A stretch of 64,000 nucleotides of DNA from sequence record OQ828465.1; one strand, given 5' to 3'. The notes beneath the pieces were generated by a model, which was not told the origin of the DNA, made no database searches, and saw only the letters and a program-made list of their open reading frames with translations. Of this stretch, positions 1 through 9,214 are shown piece after piece. Numbering within the stretch: the first letter of the stretch is position 1; every line of letters starts with the position of its first letter. Both the position numbers and the translations under genes were made by a program.

Positions 1-1380
1 ATGCCTACGATTTCTCTTTCCAAGTTCTATAGTGATCAAGTATTACCTGCTTTCCGATACAAAGTAGGTGAAGAGGATATGATCAGTATTCTCGATCCAC
101 TTGGTCGACCTGCACCTGCAAAGGTAGATGGTAAGCGACTAGTGGTACCTACTAAAGATTGGCTTCGTAAAGGGCTAGGCGATGATTACATCGCCTTCCA
201 CCCGCTATCTGAAAAGATCTCTCGGCTAGGTACTTCTCAAGTACTACAGCATATGCAGCGTCAAGTTAAGGCTAATCTAATGTTTACTGTGAAGTATCTT
301 ACTTCACGTATTTTAGAAGTAGCTGCCGACTCCACTCTGCATAAAGACATTCCACCAGAATGTTCAGACTTCCTAAAGAAACTATCCGGTGCTAAGCCAG
401 ATACCATTGAGTGGTTTAATAAGGTTGTCAAAGCTGCTGAAAAACGTTCACGTTTTGTAAGCGTGTATCTAAAAGCAAATGGTAAATTTGATGGGAAGAC
501 AGTTAACCGTATCTGCGTTATTCGGTTCCCTATCGTAGAGGATCTTTATTCTAAAGATGATATCCTTGGAGTAAATGTACCTAAGAAACAGCGGCCAGTT
601 CTAATCGAACTATTTAAACTAGTTGTACCATTTGGTGATTCACCAACTGAATATTCAGCAGGAACAGTTGAGCGGGTAGCACCTTATTTTGTATGTCTTA
701 TCCAGGCATTTAACAAAATCACTACTCAACTAAATAGTGTTATTGATAAGTATCGCCTGATCTTCGATGATGCTATTCAACCTTATTCAAAAGTTGATGA
801 GAAGGTGATTGCTGATTTTGCAAAGATGCAACGTGAGATCCCCTCTCTTGATGGTAATGAAGGAGTCAGCAATGAAGTAGAAGAAGAAGCTTCTGAAACT
901 GTAAACCCAGTTGCCCAAATTCCTGTCCAGAAAAAGGATAGTGTAGTTAAAGTGGGTAATACTGCTAAAGAACAAACTACTTCTACACGTGTACCAGTAG
1001 GCACAACTGTGAATGTTAATCCATCTATGAGTCAAGCTGTAGCAATGACTCAGGCACCTCAACGTCCCGCACAACAAGTTCAAACTAGCAATAAAGCATC
1101 TATCCAAGATCTTCTAAACGCTGGGCAGAAAAACCAATTTGCTCAACCCGGAATGATGCAACAACCTGTTATGATGAACAATAACTTTGCAATGCCTGGG
1201 ATGATGCAGCCACAGCAACCAATGATGGCTAATATGCATCCGCAAATGATGCAACTCATGGGCAATCAAATGCCGATGGGTGGTGGATTTGCACAAGCAC
1301 TAAACCCCGCTCTAGCTGGTAATGGTAACACCGCGATGATGAATCTAGGTGGAAACCAAATGATGGGTCGTCTACTGTAA
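1..1380 (+). CDS. Conserved jumbo-phage protein with Q/M/P/G-rich disordered C-tail; position fits phiKZ gp70 (possibly SSB-like)
   Basis: 459-aa ORF: folded ~290-aa N-terminus, acidic linker, low-complexity tail. Identity rests on recalled synteny upstream of the nvRNAP beta gene. Confidence 0.55.
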   Translation: MPTISLSKFYSDQVLPAFRYKVGEEDMISILDPLGRPAPAKVDGKRLVVPTKDWLRKGLGDDYIAFHPLSEKISRLGTSQVLQHMQRQVKANLMFTVKYLTSRILEVAADSTLHKDIPPECSDFLKKLSGAKPDTIEWFNKVVKAAEKRSRFVSVYLKANGKFDGKTVNRICVIRFPIVEDLYSKDDILGVNVPKKQRPVLIELFKLVVPFGDSPTEYSAGTVERVAPYFVCLIQAFNKITTQLNSVIDKYRLIFDDAIQPYSKVDEKVIADFAKMQREIPSLDGNEGVSNEVEEEASETVNPVAQIPVQKKDSVVKVGNTAKEQTTSTRVPVGTTVNVNPSMSQAVAMTQAPQRPAQQVQTSNKASIQDLLNAGQKNQFAQPGMMQQPVMMNNNFAMPGMMQPQQPMMANMHPQMMQLMGNQMPMGGGFAQALNPALAGNGNTAMMNLGGNQMMGRLL

Positions 1381-1391
1381 CACGGCATAAA

Positions 1392-1415
1392 CCAGGGGGC
1401 CTAAGGGTCCCCTGG
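1392..1415. terminator. Bidirectional intrinsic terminator between convergent genes
   Basis: CCAGGGG...CCCCTGG stem, preceded by CATA. Confidence 0.75.
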
Positions 1416-1421
1416 CTTGCT

Positions 1422-1796
1422 TTAAAACTTTTTAGTTTGATATAAGCTAACGAGGTGTTGAATCATGTCGTTATTCGGTATGATTAAATAGCTGGTGTAA
1501 TCATTAGCTGAAGGATCCCTTAGAACTTTACCAAAATCATAAGGGCTAACTAAACCATTAACACGCATTTGAATCCACCACATATCAGGATTGACACGGC
1601 GTTCTGCCATGTATCCATAAAAGTTTCCTTCGAACTGGTAATACAGTTCAGGTGGAATCTGAATACGTGTGGATCTGACATTACGTAAGATATTCAAATG
1701 AGTCTCAATAATTAATCTGAACCCTGGTTCATAATAAACAGATTCACCTGAATCTGGCTGATTAGCTAACAGTGTGAATGCCATAATAAATTCCAA
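1422..1796 (-). CDS. Hypothetical protein, possibly LysM-like baseplate-wedge (T4 gp53-type) fold
   Basis: 124-aa ORF; segment WWIQMRVNGLVSPYDF resembles the gp53/LysM-type pattern (inference). Confidence 0.5.
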   Translation of the reverse strand: MEFIMAFTLLANQPDSGESVYYEPGFRLIIETHLNILRNVRSTRIQIPPELYYQFEGNFYGYMAERRVNPDMWWIQMRVNGLVSPYDFGKVLRDPSANDYTSYLIIPNNDMIQHLVSLYQTKKF

Positions 1797-1805
1797 TAAA
1801 TTTTA

Positions 1806-1822
1806 TTTAAGATCTATATCAT
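1806..1822 (+). promoter_or_regulatory. phiKZ-type early promoter variant (TTTAA...TATATCAT)
   Basis: tttaagatcTATATCAT has the same layout as tttaagatcTATATTAC at 58538. Confidence 0.5.
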
Positions 1823-1945
1823 TGATTTGTAATTAGTAAACAGGAGGTATGAGATTGGTGATACCAGACATTGAAGTCTTACAAAAGGCTATATCTAAAA
1901 ACAGCGCAAATAAGAAATATAGTAGTACTGCATCTTGTCTAATTA

Positions 1946-3139
1946 ATGGTGATAAACAAAATGGCTGAACTAGGTAAACGTGAAATTGATCTAACCCTAT
2001 TAGGGCATACTGGTTTAGATCCTTGGTATGGCACTACCTCATCTGCACGGGGTGCTATGTTTGTAACACATATTGGCCAGGCACCAGAAGTAAATGGAAA
2101 TGAATCGCGTTATTTCCTAACGGGTGCTGAATTAGAGTATGCCAAGTATACACATGATGTTCGTTTTCCTGAGGATTGTCGTGTACTACATGTTCTTAGA
2201 AAATATCCAACGGGTATTGGTAAAGACAGTATTAGATCTAACCCGGTAACAACTATTATCTACGAAAACTATTTTGACAAATATAAAACCATTGGTGTCT
2301 TACATGTTCCCGAGTACATGAGTCATCACCAAGACTTTGGTTATGAACTTGTAAAGAATCGAGAAGTGTGGGAAACCATTGCCCCAAATGAAATGTTCTC
2401 TAAAGACACAGTGATTGCACAGTCTGGTGCAGTTAAGAAAGACGGTACTTTAGGGATGGGTGTTAATGCTAATGTTGTATTCCTATCTGCCGCTGGTACC
2501 ATTGAAGATGGATTCGTAGCTAATAAGAATTTCCTTAAAAGGATGATGCCAACTAGTTATAGCACGGCTGTAGCTAATGCTGGTAGGAAAGCTTTCTTCT
2601 TAAACATGTATGGCGATGATAAGGTCTATAAACCATTCCCAGACATTGGCGATGTTATCCGACCAGATGGTGTAATCTTCGCCATCCGTGACCATGATGA
2701 TGATCTAGCTCCTGCCGAGATGACTCCTAGGGCACTTCGTACACTAGATAGAACTTTCGATAGAGCTGTTATTGGCACACCTGGTGCGAAGGTTATTGAT
2801 ATTGATATTTGGCGTGATGAGCGTGTAAATCCATCCCCTACTCCAACAGGAATGGATGCACAACTAGTTAAATATCATACTCATCTTAGCAGTTATTATC
2901 GAGAACTATTAAAGATCTATCGTGGTCTATTAGCACGTCGTAAAGATGATCTACATATCACTGAGGAATTTGAACGTCTTATTGTAACTGCACAGATGTT
3001 CCTACCTCAACCTGATAATGTCCGTAAACTATCTCGATTCTATCGACTAGACCCACTAGATGAATGGCGAGTCGAAGTAACTTACAAAGCCCAAAAGATG
3101 CCTGCTGGTGCTTTCAAGATGACTGATTTTCATGGTGGT
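1946..3139 (+). CDS. rpoB: Non-virion RNA polymerase beta subunit C-terminal part, exon 1 (gp71-like)
   Basis: Ends ...FKMTDFHGG, matching the first half of the beta motif GDKxxxRHGNKGVI; continues in exon 2. Confidence 0.9.
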
Positions 3140-3446
3140 AATTAATATCCATCCATCTCTCAGGAATGGATATTGTCAAATTGCCTGCTTGATCTCGAAA
3201 GAGTCAAGTAAATCCTCTCTAATTGCTGGGACATCTCAATGAGACAATCAGCAGCGAAGCTTTCCAGAAATGGATTGAACGTTCAACGACTATCCGGTTA
3301 CGCGGAGTACACTCAAGCGAGTGGAAATGGGAGGGACCTGACCACCTAGGGTGAAGGTTAAGATATAGTCTGGTCTGCATGGTGACATGCAGCTGCCTGC
3401 AATACGAGAGGCGGGGTAAGCGTAGCGAACTTACCTGAACATAACG
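3140..3446 (+). ncRNA. Group I self-splicing intron, 307 nt, no endonuclease ORF
   Basis: P AATTGCTGGGA 3221, Q AATCAGCAG 3246, R GTTCAACGACTA 3281, S AAGATATAGTCT 3360. Exon ends in U3139, paired to G3183 in P1 (GGTAATT/AATTGCC). Intron ends in G3446. Splicing gives in-frame HGG|KGVICKVMEDEDMP. Confidence 0.93.
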
Positions 3447-4370
3447 AAGGGCGTCATCTGTAAGGTAATGGAAGATGAAGATATGCCTATTGACGAAAAT
3501 GGTAATAGGGCAGATCTAATTATCTTTGGTGGTTCAACCATGCGTCGTTCAAATTATGGTCGAATTTATGAACATGGTTTTGGCGCAGCTGCACGAGATC
3601 TAGCTCAACGCCTACGCGTTGAAGCTGGACTAGATCGACATGCCAAACCAACCCAGCAACAACTAAATAGTGTAATGGGCAATACGCAATGGGTTGATTA
3701 TGCATTTAAAGAACTATTAGGTTTCTATGAGATCATTGCTCCAACAATGCATAGTAAAATGATGGAACACCCAAATCCAGCAGAACATGTTAAAACAGTA
3801 CTAATGGATGGATTCCCATATATCTACGCACCAGTTGATGATCCAGTGGATCTAATGGCAGCAGTCAACAAATTAATTAATAGCGATAAGTATCGACCAC
3901 ACTATGGGAAGGTATCTTATCGAGATCAAGCTGGTAAGTGGGTAACAACTAAAGATAATGTCTTAATGGGTCCACTTTACATGATGCTACTAGAAAAGAT
4001 TGGTGAAGACTGGTCAGCAGCAGCATCTGTAAAAACACAACCATTTGGTCTACCTTCTAAGTTAAACAATGCTGATAGGGCTAGCACACCTGGTCGAGAA
4101 ACAGCTATCCGGTCATTCGGTGAATCTGAAACTCGGTCATATAACTGTACAGTTGGTCCAGGTCCGACTGCTGAAATCTTAGACCAAACTAATAACCCAT
4201 TGGCGCATGCTGCGGTTATCGAGTCTTGGCTAACAGCAGAAAAACCTTCATCTGTACCAGTTGCAGTTGATCGTGAAAAGATTCCATTTGGTGGATCTCG
4301 CCCAGTAGCTATGTTTGATCACCTGCTTGAATGTAGTGGTATTGCATTAGAATATGCCCCTGATCATTGA
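3447..4370 (+). CDS. rpoB: Non-virion RNAP beta subunit C-terminal part, exon 2 (gp73-like); spliced product ~705 aa
   Basis: KGVICKVMEDEDMP and ADLIIFGGSTMRRSNYGRIYE are beta-subunit motifs; in frame with the track ORF at 3468. Confidence 0.9.
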   Translation, partial: KGVICKVMEDEDMPIDENGNRADLIIFGGSTMRRSNYGRIYEHGFGAAARDLAQRLRVEAGLDRHAKPTQQQLNSVMGNTQWVDYAFKELLGFYEIIAPTMHSKMMEHPNPAEHVKTVLMDGFPYIYAPVDDPVDLMAAVNKLINSDKYRPHYGKVSYRDQAGKWVTTKDNVLMGPLYMMLLEKIGEDWSAAASVKTQPFGLPSKLNNADRASTPGRETAIRSFGESETRSYNCTVGPGPTAEILDQTNNPLAHAAVIESWLTAEKPSSVPVAVDREKIPFGGSRPVAMFDHLLECSGIALEYAPDH

Positions 4371-4400
4371 TCAGGGGTTTAATAATACAAGAGGTAAATA

Positions 4401-6434
4401 ATGAATCTTAATCGTTATAAAGCGCGTGATCTTCTAAATCTAAGTTATGATGATTTATGGTCACTCCCTTCAGAATGGCATCTAATCGAATTTGATGATG
4501 GTAAAACGGTTGTGTCAGTTGACCGTATTACCAAATTATCCGTTCTGTGTTGGTATCCTCTTAAACATTATAAAGATTGCCCAATTCCATCTGATCACCA
4601 TATCGATTTCAATCGCATCTTAACTGATAACCCTAAAGATTATCTAAATGTTGAAGGTGGCCGAGTAACATCTAAGGCCATGGTTAAGCATTTAAATAAG
4701 GCTATTTGGAACATCTATGATTGGTCAGGTGAAACAGTAGATCCTGAAGTACTATCTAAACTGGCTATTGAAGGTAAGAACTGGCTGTATAATCAGACCA
4801 CTGTGAAACTGTCTGAATATCTAGCAACCTTGTCGATGTTTGATATTGCTGAAGTATATAATCATCCCAAGGTACGTGAGGCTAACCATAATATCGAACC
4901 AACTACTTATGGTATCGAAAAAATTAGTTATGGTAAAGTCAAAGAAGTATTTAATGATCCTACCCAATTCATTGGTAACAGCATCATTGAAGGTCTTCGT
5001 TCTGGTACTCAGAAAACTGAACAGCTTCTACAAGCATTTGCTTGGCGGGGCTTTCCAACTGACATTAACTCAGATATCTTTAAATATCCGGTAACAACTG
5101 GTTATATTGATGGTATTTGGAATCTGTATGAGAATATGATTGAATCTCGTTCAGGTACTAAAGCGCTACTATATAACAAAGAACTACTGCGAGTAACTGA
5201 ATACTTTAACCGGAAATCTCAGCTTATTGCACAATATGTCCAAAGGCTACATCCTGGTGATTGTAAGACCACAATCTTAGCTGAGTATCCTGTAACTAAG
5301 TTAACTTTAAAAGCATTCAAAGGAAAATATTATCAAAAAGAAGATGGTAAACTAGACTGGATCCGTGGAAATGAAACACACCTAATTGGAACTAAACAGA
5401 AATTCAGGTCTGTATTTGGATGTAATCATCCAGATAGTCAGGGTATCTGTATGACTTGTTATGGCCGACTAGGTATCAATATTCCAAAAGGAACTAATAT
5501 CGGTCAGGTTGCTGCCGTATCGATGGGTGACAAAATTACTTCAGCAGTATTGTCTACTAAACACACCGATGCGTCTTCTGCTGTAGAACAATATAAACTT
5601 GGCAAAATTGAAAGTAATTATTTAAGAACAGGTGAAATCCCAGAGACACTATATCTAAAGAAAGAACTTACTCAGAAGGATTATCGTTTAGTAATCGCAC
5701 GGTCAGAGGCAGAAAACCTTGCTGACATTTTAATGATTGATGACCTTACTGCATATCCAGCTACTTCAGCTACTGAACTAACCAGCCTGGCCCTAGTCTA
5801 TGATGATGAGGTGAATGGTGAATGTGGTGATGTTCTGACTGTGTCGCTGTATAACCGTAGGGCTAGTCTATCTATTGAAATGCTAAAGCATATTAAGATG
5901 GTCCGTTGGGAACTAGATCAGCGAGACAATATCGTCATTAGTCTTCGTGGTTTTGATTTTAACCTACCATTCTTAACGCTACCAAATAAGCACGTAAACA
6001 TGTATGAAGTAATGAAACGATTCCAAAGTTTCTTACATTCCGGTAGTGACTCAGCCGAGGCAGGTAAACTAAGCACTGAGAAAGTTGGATATACGTCTAA
6101 AACGTATCTTAAAAACTACAAGTCACCAATTGAAGCACTACCTGTATTTGCAACAATGGCTAATGAAAAGATTAGCCTTAATATTTCCCATTGTGAGATC
6201 TTGATATACGCTATGATGATCCGTTCAGCTCAATATCGAGACTATCGCTTACCTAAACCCGGTATTAATGGCCAATTTGAAAAATATAATAGGCTAATGC
6301 AATGTCGTAGTTTAGGTGGTGCGATGGCTTTCGAAAAGCAGCATGAGCCACTAAATAACCCAGGCAGTTTCCTTAACAAGATGAGGAATGACCATCCATA
6401 TGACTTACTAGTTAAAGGTGGTAAACTGCGATAG
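4401..6434 (+). CDS. rpoC: Non-virion RNAP beta' C-terminal subunit (gp74-like)
   Basis: Zn site CNHP..GICMTCYG and trigger-loop-like NIGQVAAVSMGDKITSAVLSTKHT. Confidence 0.88.
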   Translation: MNLNRYKARDLLNLSYDDLWSLPSEWHLIEFDDGKTVVSVDRITKLSVLCWYPLKHYKDCPIPSDHHIDFNRILTDNPKDYLNVEGGRVTSKAMVKHLNKAIWNIYDWSGETVDPEVLSKLAIEGKNWLYNQTTVKLSEYLATLSMFDIAEVYNHPKVREANHNIEPTTYGIEKISYGKVKEVFNDPTQFIGNSIIEGLRSGTQKTEQLLQAFAWRGFPTDINSDIFKYPVTTGYIDGIWNLYENMIESRSGTKALLYNKELLRVTEYFNRKSQLIAQYVQRLHPGDCKTTILAEYPVTKLTLKAFKGKYYQKEDGKLDWIRGNETHLIGTKQKFRSVFGCNHPDSQGICMTCYGRLGINIPKGTNIGQVAAVSMGDKITSAVLSTKHTDASSAVEQYKLGKIESNYLRTGEIPETLYLKKELTQKDYRLVIARSEAENLADILMIDDLTAYPATSATELTSLALVYDDEVNGECGDVLTVSLYNRRASLSIEMLKHIKMVRWELDQRDNIVISLRGFDFNLPFLTLPNKHVNMYEVMKRFQSFLHSGSDSAEAGKLSTEKVGYTSKTYLKNYKSPIEALPVFATMANEKISLNISHCEILIYAMMIRSAQYRDYRLPKPGINGQFEKYNRLMQCRSLGGAMAFEKQHEPLNNPGSFLNKMRNDHPYDLLVKGGKLR

Positions 6435-6454
6435 ACGTGGAGGACGTGAGGTTT

Positions 6455-6471
6455 GGGGAGCACTGCTCCCC
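6455..6471 (+). terminator. Hairpin after the gp74-like gene
   Basis: GGGGAGC-ACT-GCTCCCC; T-run lies further downstream. Confidence 0.55.
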
Positions 6472-6492
6472 TTACCGATCGTTGATTTTTTT

Positions 6493-8031
6493 ATGAAACC
6501 GATTCTTACAGCAGAACGATACACCCATGGTGTTCGTTTATCCGGTTACGATCGGGAAACATACTTAAAGATGACTGGATATCTTAATAAACTGGTTTTA
6601 AAAGAACCTAAGAAGATACCTGGTCAACGCACCATAATGGAAATAAAGAAAAAATATTATGGTGAAACAGAAGATGGTAAATCTGTATTCATCCATCGTG
6701 AATGTCTTCAAGAACTTATTAATTATCTAGCCGATAAGAATATACCATCTACTAGAATTGAAATTGTAGATATTCCTGTACCAACAGCTGTTAAAGTAGA
6801 CTATACTTTATTTGAACATTATGTTCTAAGGGATTATCAGGAAACCATCCGCGAAGATATTCTAAGACCACATTTACATTCAGCACGTGTTGATTTACAG
6901 ACTGGTAAAGGTAAAACCTTAACTAGTTTAGCTTCAGTTGCAGTAATGAAAGAACGTGGTGTTGTTATGATTCCACCTAAATATTTCGGTATTTGGGAGA
7001 AAGCATTAAAAGAAACATTTGTTGGTTATGAAGATCAGCTAGGTATAAAATATTTAAAAGTATCTGGATCTGCTGAGTTACAGAATCTAATTAATCGCGG
7101 ACTAGAGAATGATTTAGAGGGTGTTGAAATTATTCTCATTAGTTCTACAACATACCGTGCATATATCGATACTTTTGAACGATTAGGTGAAAAAATCGAT
7201 GTAGTTGGATTTAATGTACCACCACCTAGATTCCATGAGGTTATTGGAGCAGGTTGGCAGATCAATGATGAGATTCAAGAAGATCCAGGATTAGTATTTC
7301 GTACTGATCTATATACCAATGTCAATAAACAAATCTATTTATCAGCTACTCCATACACTGGTAATCAGTTTGTTACTAAAATGATTGATGTCATGCTACC
7401 TGCCACTACAAAGTGTAGGTTACCTGCATATGACTCATACATCAATGTTATTGGCTTGTTATATAGTGAACCAACTATTAAACCTAAGGACTATTTAACT
7501 CCATTTAAAAATACATATAACCATGCTCGTTATGAAACAGTAATGATGAAGAATCCTAGGCGACTAGACTTCTATTTAAAGATGGTTAAACGTATTGTAG
7601 ATGGCGTTTATATAAAGGATCGTATTGAAGGTCAGAAATGTTTGCTATTATGCGCGACTGTAAACTTTATCGATGTACTGACAGCTTATCTTAAGAAACA
7701 ATATCCAGATCTTCAGATTAATAGACATGTTTCGGGTAGTCCGTATGATAGATTAATGACTAATGATATCACTGTATCAACTATTAAATCATCTGGTACT
7801 GGTGTTGATATTAGGAATTTAAGGGAAGTTATTCTATTACAAGCAACTGACTCTAAAAAGGACAGCATCCAAATTCTTGGACGACTAAGACCATTGAAGA
7901 ACTGGCCTGATGTAATACCAAGGTTAACATTCATGGTTTGTAATAACATACCTCATCATTGCAGATACGCTAGAAATAAAGAAAATCATTTCATGGGTAA
8001 AACTAAAAGTATGCGCATGATGCGTTTATAG
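6493..8031 (+). CDS. SF2 (UvsW-like) DNA helicase (gp75-like)
   Basis: Motifs QTGKGKT, DEIQ, SAT, QILGRLR; likely start ATG 6493 (track start 6418). Confidence 0.85.
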   Translation: MKPILTAERYTHGVRLSGYDRETYLKMTGYLNKLVLKEPKKIPGQRTIMEIKKKYYGETEDGKSVFIHRECLQELINYLADKNIPSTRIEIVDIPVPTAVKVDYTLFEHYVLRDYQETIREDILRPHLHSARVDLQTGKGKTLTSLASVAVMKERGVVMIPPKYFGIWEKALKETFVGYEDQLGIKYLKVSGSAELQNLINRGLENDLEGVEIILISSTTYRAYIDTFERLGEKIDVVGFNVPPPRFHEVIGAGWQINDEIQEDPGLVFRTDLYTNVNKQIYLSATPYTGNQFVTKMIDVMLPATTKCRLPAYDSYINVIGLLYSEPTIKPKDYLTPFKNTYNHARYETVMMKNPRRLDFYLKMVKRIVDGVYIKDRIEGQKCLLLCATVNFIDVLTAYLKKQYPDLQINRHVSGSPYDRLMTNDITVSTIKSSGTGVDIRNLREVILLQATDSKKDSIQILGRLRPLKNWPDVIPRLTFMVCNNIPHHCRYARNKENHFMGKTKSMRMMRL

Positions 8032-8046
8032 TAAATGGCATAAATG

Positions 8047-8070
8047 ATCCCTCCCTTAGTTGGGAGGGAT
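8047..8070 (+). terminator. Intrinsic terminator
   Basis: ATCCCTCCC/GGGAGGGAT followed by TATGC and a T-run. Confidence 0.85.
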
Positions 8071-8102
8071 TATGCTTTTTTTATTTTTTGTATTTAAAGC
8101 AT

Positions 8103-8119
8103 TTTAAACAGTATATCAC
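8103..8119 (+). promoter_or_regulatory. Early promoter variant (TTTAAACAG-TATATCAC)
   Basis: One mismatch from the TATATTAC phiKZ early motif; same upstream ttaaacag as at 44757 and 45945. Confidence 0.7.
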
Positions 8120-8148
8120 AAATGTGATAAAACTATAGGGTATTTACA

Positions 8149-8214
8149 ATGAAGAAAAAATTGATTATGATTACAATTGTAGTTATAGCTTATAAACTAT
8201 GGGAGTGGAAATAA
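8149..8214 (+). CDS. 21-aa single-TM micropeptide (not in track)
   Basis: MKKKLIMITIVVIAYKLWEWK; ATAGG-type SD; TAATG-coupled to the next gene. Confidence 0.5.
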   Translation: MKKKLIMITIVVIAYKLWEWK

Positions 8215-8471
8215 TGTATACAGTTGATCAGATCTTTGGTGCAACATGGCTTCTAGTCAGTACTTTGATCTTAGTTGATATTCTTCTAACATGCATGCTG
8301 ATATTTATTATTAAAACATATCTTGAGTTTAAAGATATCTTTAATAAAAGTGCATGCCAGTACGCTATGCTTTTTCTCTCCGTAAGCATTGTATTAGTTA
8401 CCATATGGGTAAGTACTATTGTTAGTTGCTGGACTAACTATTCACTGACATGTACAACTTATCTATTTTGA
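8214..8471 (+). CDS. Small multi-TM membrane protein
   Basis: Hydrophobic ORF; likely start ATG 8214 via TAATG overlap (track start 8199). Confidence 0.65.
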   Translation: MYTVDQIFGATWLLVSTLILVDILLTCMLIFIIKTYLEFKDIFNKSACQYAMLFLSVSIVLVTIWVSTIVSCWTNYSLTCTTYLF

Positions 8472-8483
8472 TGAGGTGTCTAT

Positions 8484-8675
8484 ATGGCTCGGGTATTGTT
8501 ATTTTTAGTACCACTATTAATTGCATTTAGTGGATTAATAACTTCAATTATATTTCTTGCTGCTGCTAAAACAATCAAACAAAAAGCAATGATTGTAAGT
8601 GGCTTGATTTGCAGTATGTTTACCCTTATGTTAGGGTTGTGGTTATTTAATATGATAATCATGCATATTAAATAG
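8484..8675 (+). CDS. Small two-TM membrane protein
   Basis: 63 aa, SD GAGGTG, two hydrophobic helices. Confidence 0.65.
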   Translation: MARVLLFLVPLLIAFSGLITSIIFLAAAKTIKQKAMIVSGLICSMFTLMLGLWLFNMIIMHIK

Positions 8676-8730
8676 ACATGCTATGTAAGAACAATTGATC
8701 ATTGTTCTCTAATAATAAGAGCATCCCACT

Positions 8731-8925
8731 ATGGTCTTTTTGTGTCAACTTATAGTAATAGCCCTTGTGGCTAGTATGGGATATAAAAGTTATCAGATTT
8801 ATCTTTATGTCAAGTTTGACTTAGATAAAGATAGTATTAAATCCCGGTATGTTCGCCAAAAGACACTGCTTGTTGTTTTATATGGCTTCTTTGCTTTATT
8901 CCCATTAGGATATCTGATGGTTTAA
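8731..8925 (+). CDS. Small two-TM membrane protein
   Basis: 64 aa, two hydrophobic helices, followed by a terminator. Confidence 0.6.
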   Translation: MVFLCQLIVIALVASMGYKSYQIYLYVKFDLDKDSIKSRYVRQKTLLVVLYGFFALFPLGYLMV

Positions 8926-8929
8926 TAAA

Positions 8930-8960
8930 TATTACCCCGCCTTTTATTGGTGGGGTAATA
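8930..8960 (+). terminator. Intrinsic terminator
   Basis: TATTACCCCGCC/GGTGGGGTAATA. Confidence 0.75.
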
Positions 8961-9020
8961 TGCCATCTTTATATCAAAAGACTTTTGAATATCATATCCC
9001 ACCCTGATAAGGAGTAGACC

Positions 9021-9164
9021 ATGCAAGTACGAATTGAGGTAATCAATAGTGAGGGCAATCTGGATATCGAAGAACGGGTTGATATCCGCCCAATGAAGGG
9101 GTTAACGGCCTGGATGGTCGCTCTAGCTATCAAAGGTCTTGTAGCTAGCTTTGCACGTAAGTAA
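9021..9164 (+). CDS. 47-aa protein with C-terminal amphipathic helix (not in track)
   Basis: AAGGAG SD, ATG 9021, MQVRIEVINSEGNLDIEERVDIRPMKGLTAWMVALAIKGLVASFARK, own terminator. Confidence 0.7.
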   Translation: MQVRIEVINSEGNLDIEERVDIRPMKGLTAWMVALAIKGLVASFARK

Positions 9165-9175
9165 GGCGACATAAA

Positions 9176-9197
9176 CCCCTCTCCACATGGAGAGGGG
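9176..9197. terminator. Bidirectional terminator
   Basis: CCCCTCTCC-ACAT-GGAGAGGGG between convergent genes. Confidence 0.8.
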
Positions 9198-9214
9198 CCT
9201 GTCTTTATTTTTTT

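Noticed and set aside
3140-3446. Homing endonuclease in the intron
   Set aside because: The 307 nt are taken up by the ribozyme core; no ORF of useful length
6418-6492. 25-aa N-terminal extension of the helicase overlapping the gp74-like gene
   Set aside because: Runs through a terminator hairpin; ATG 6493 is the more plausible start
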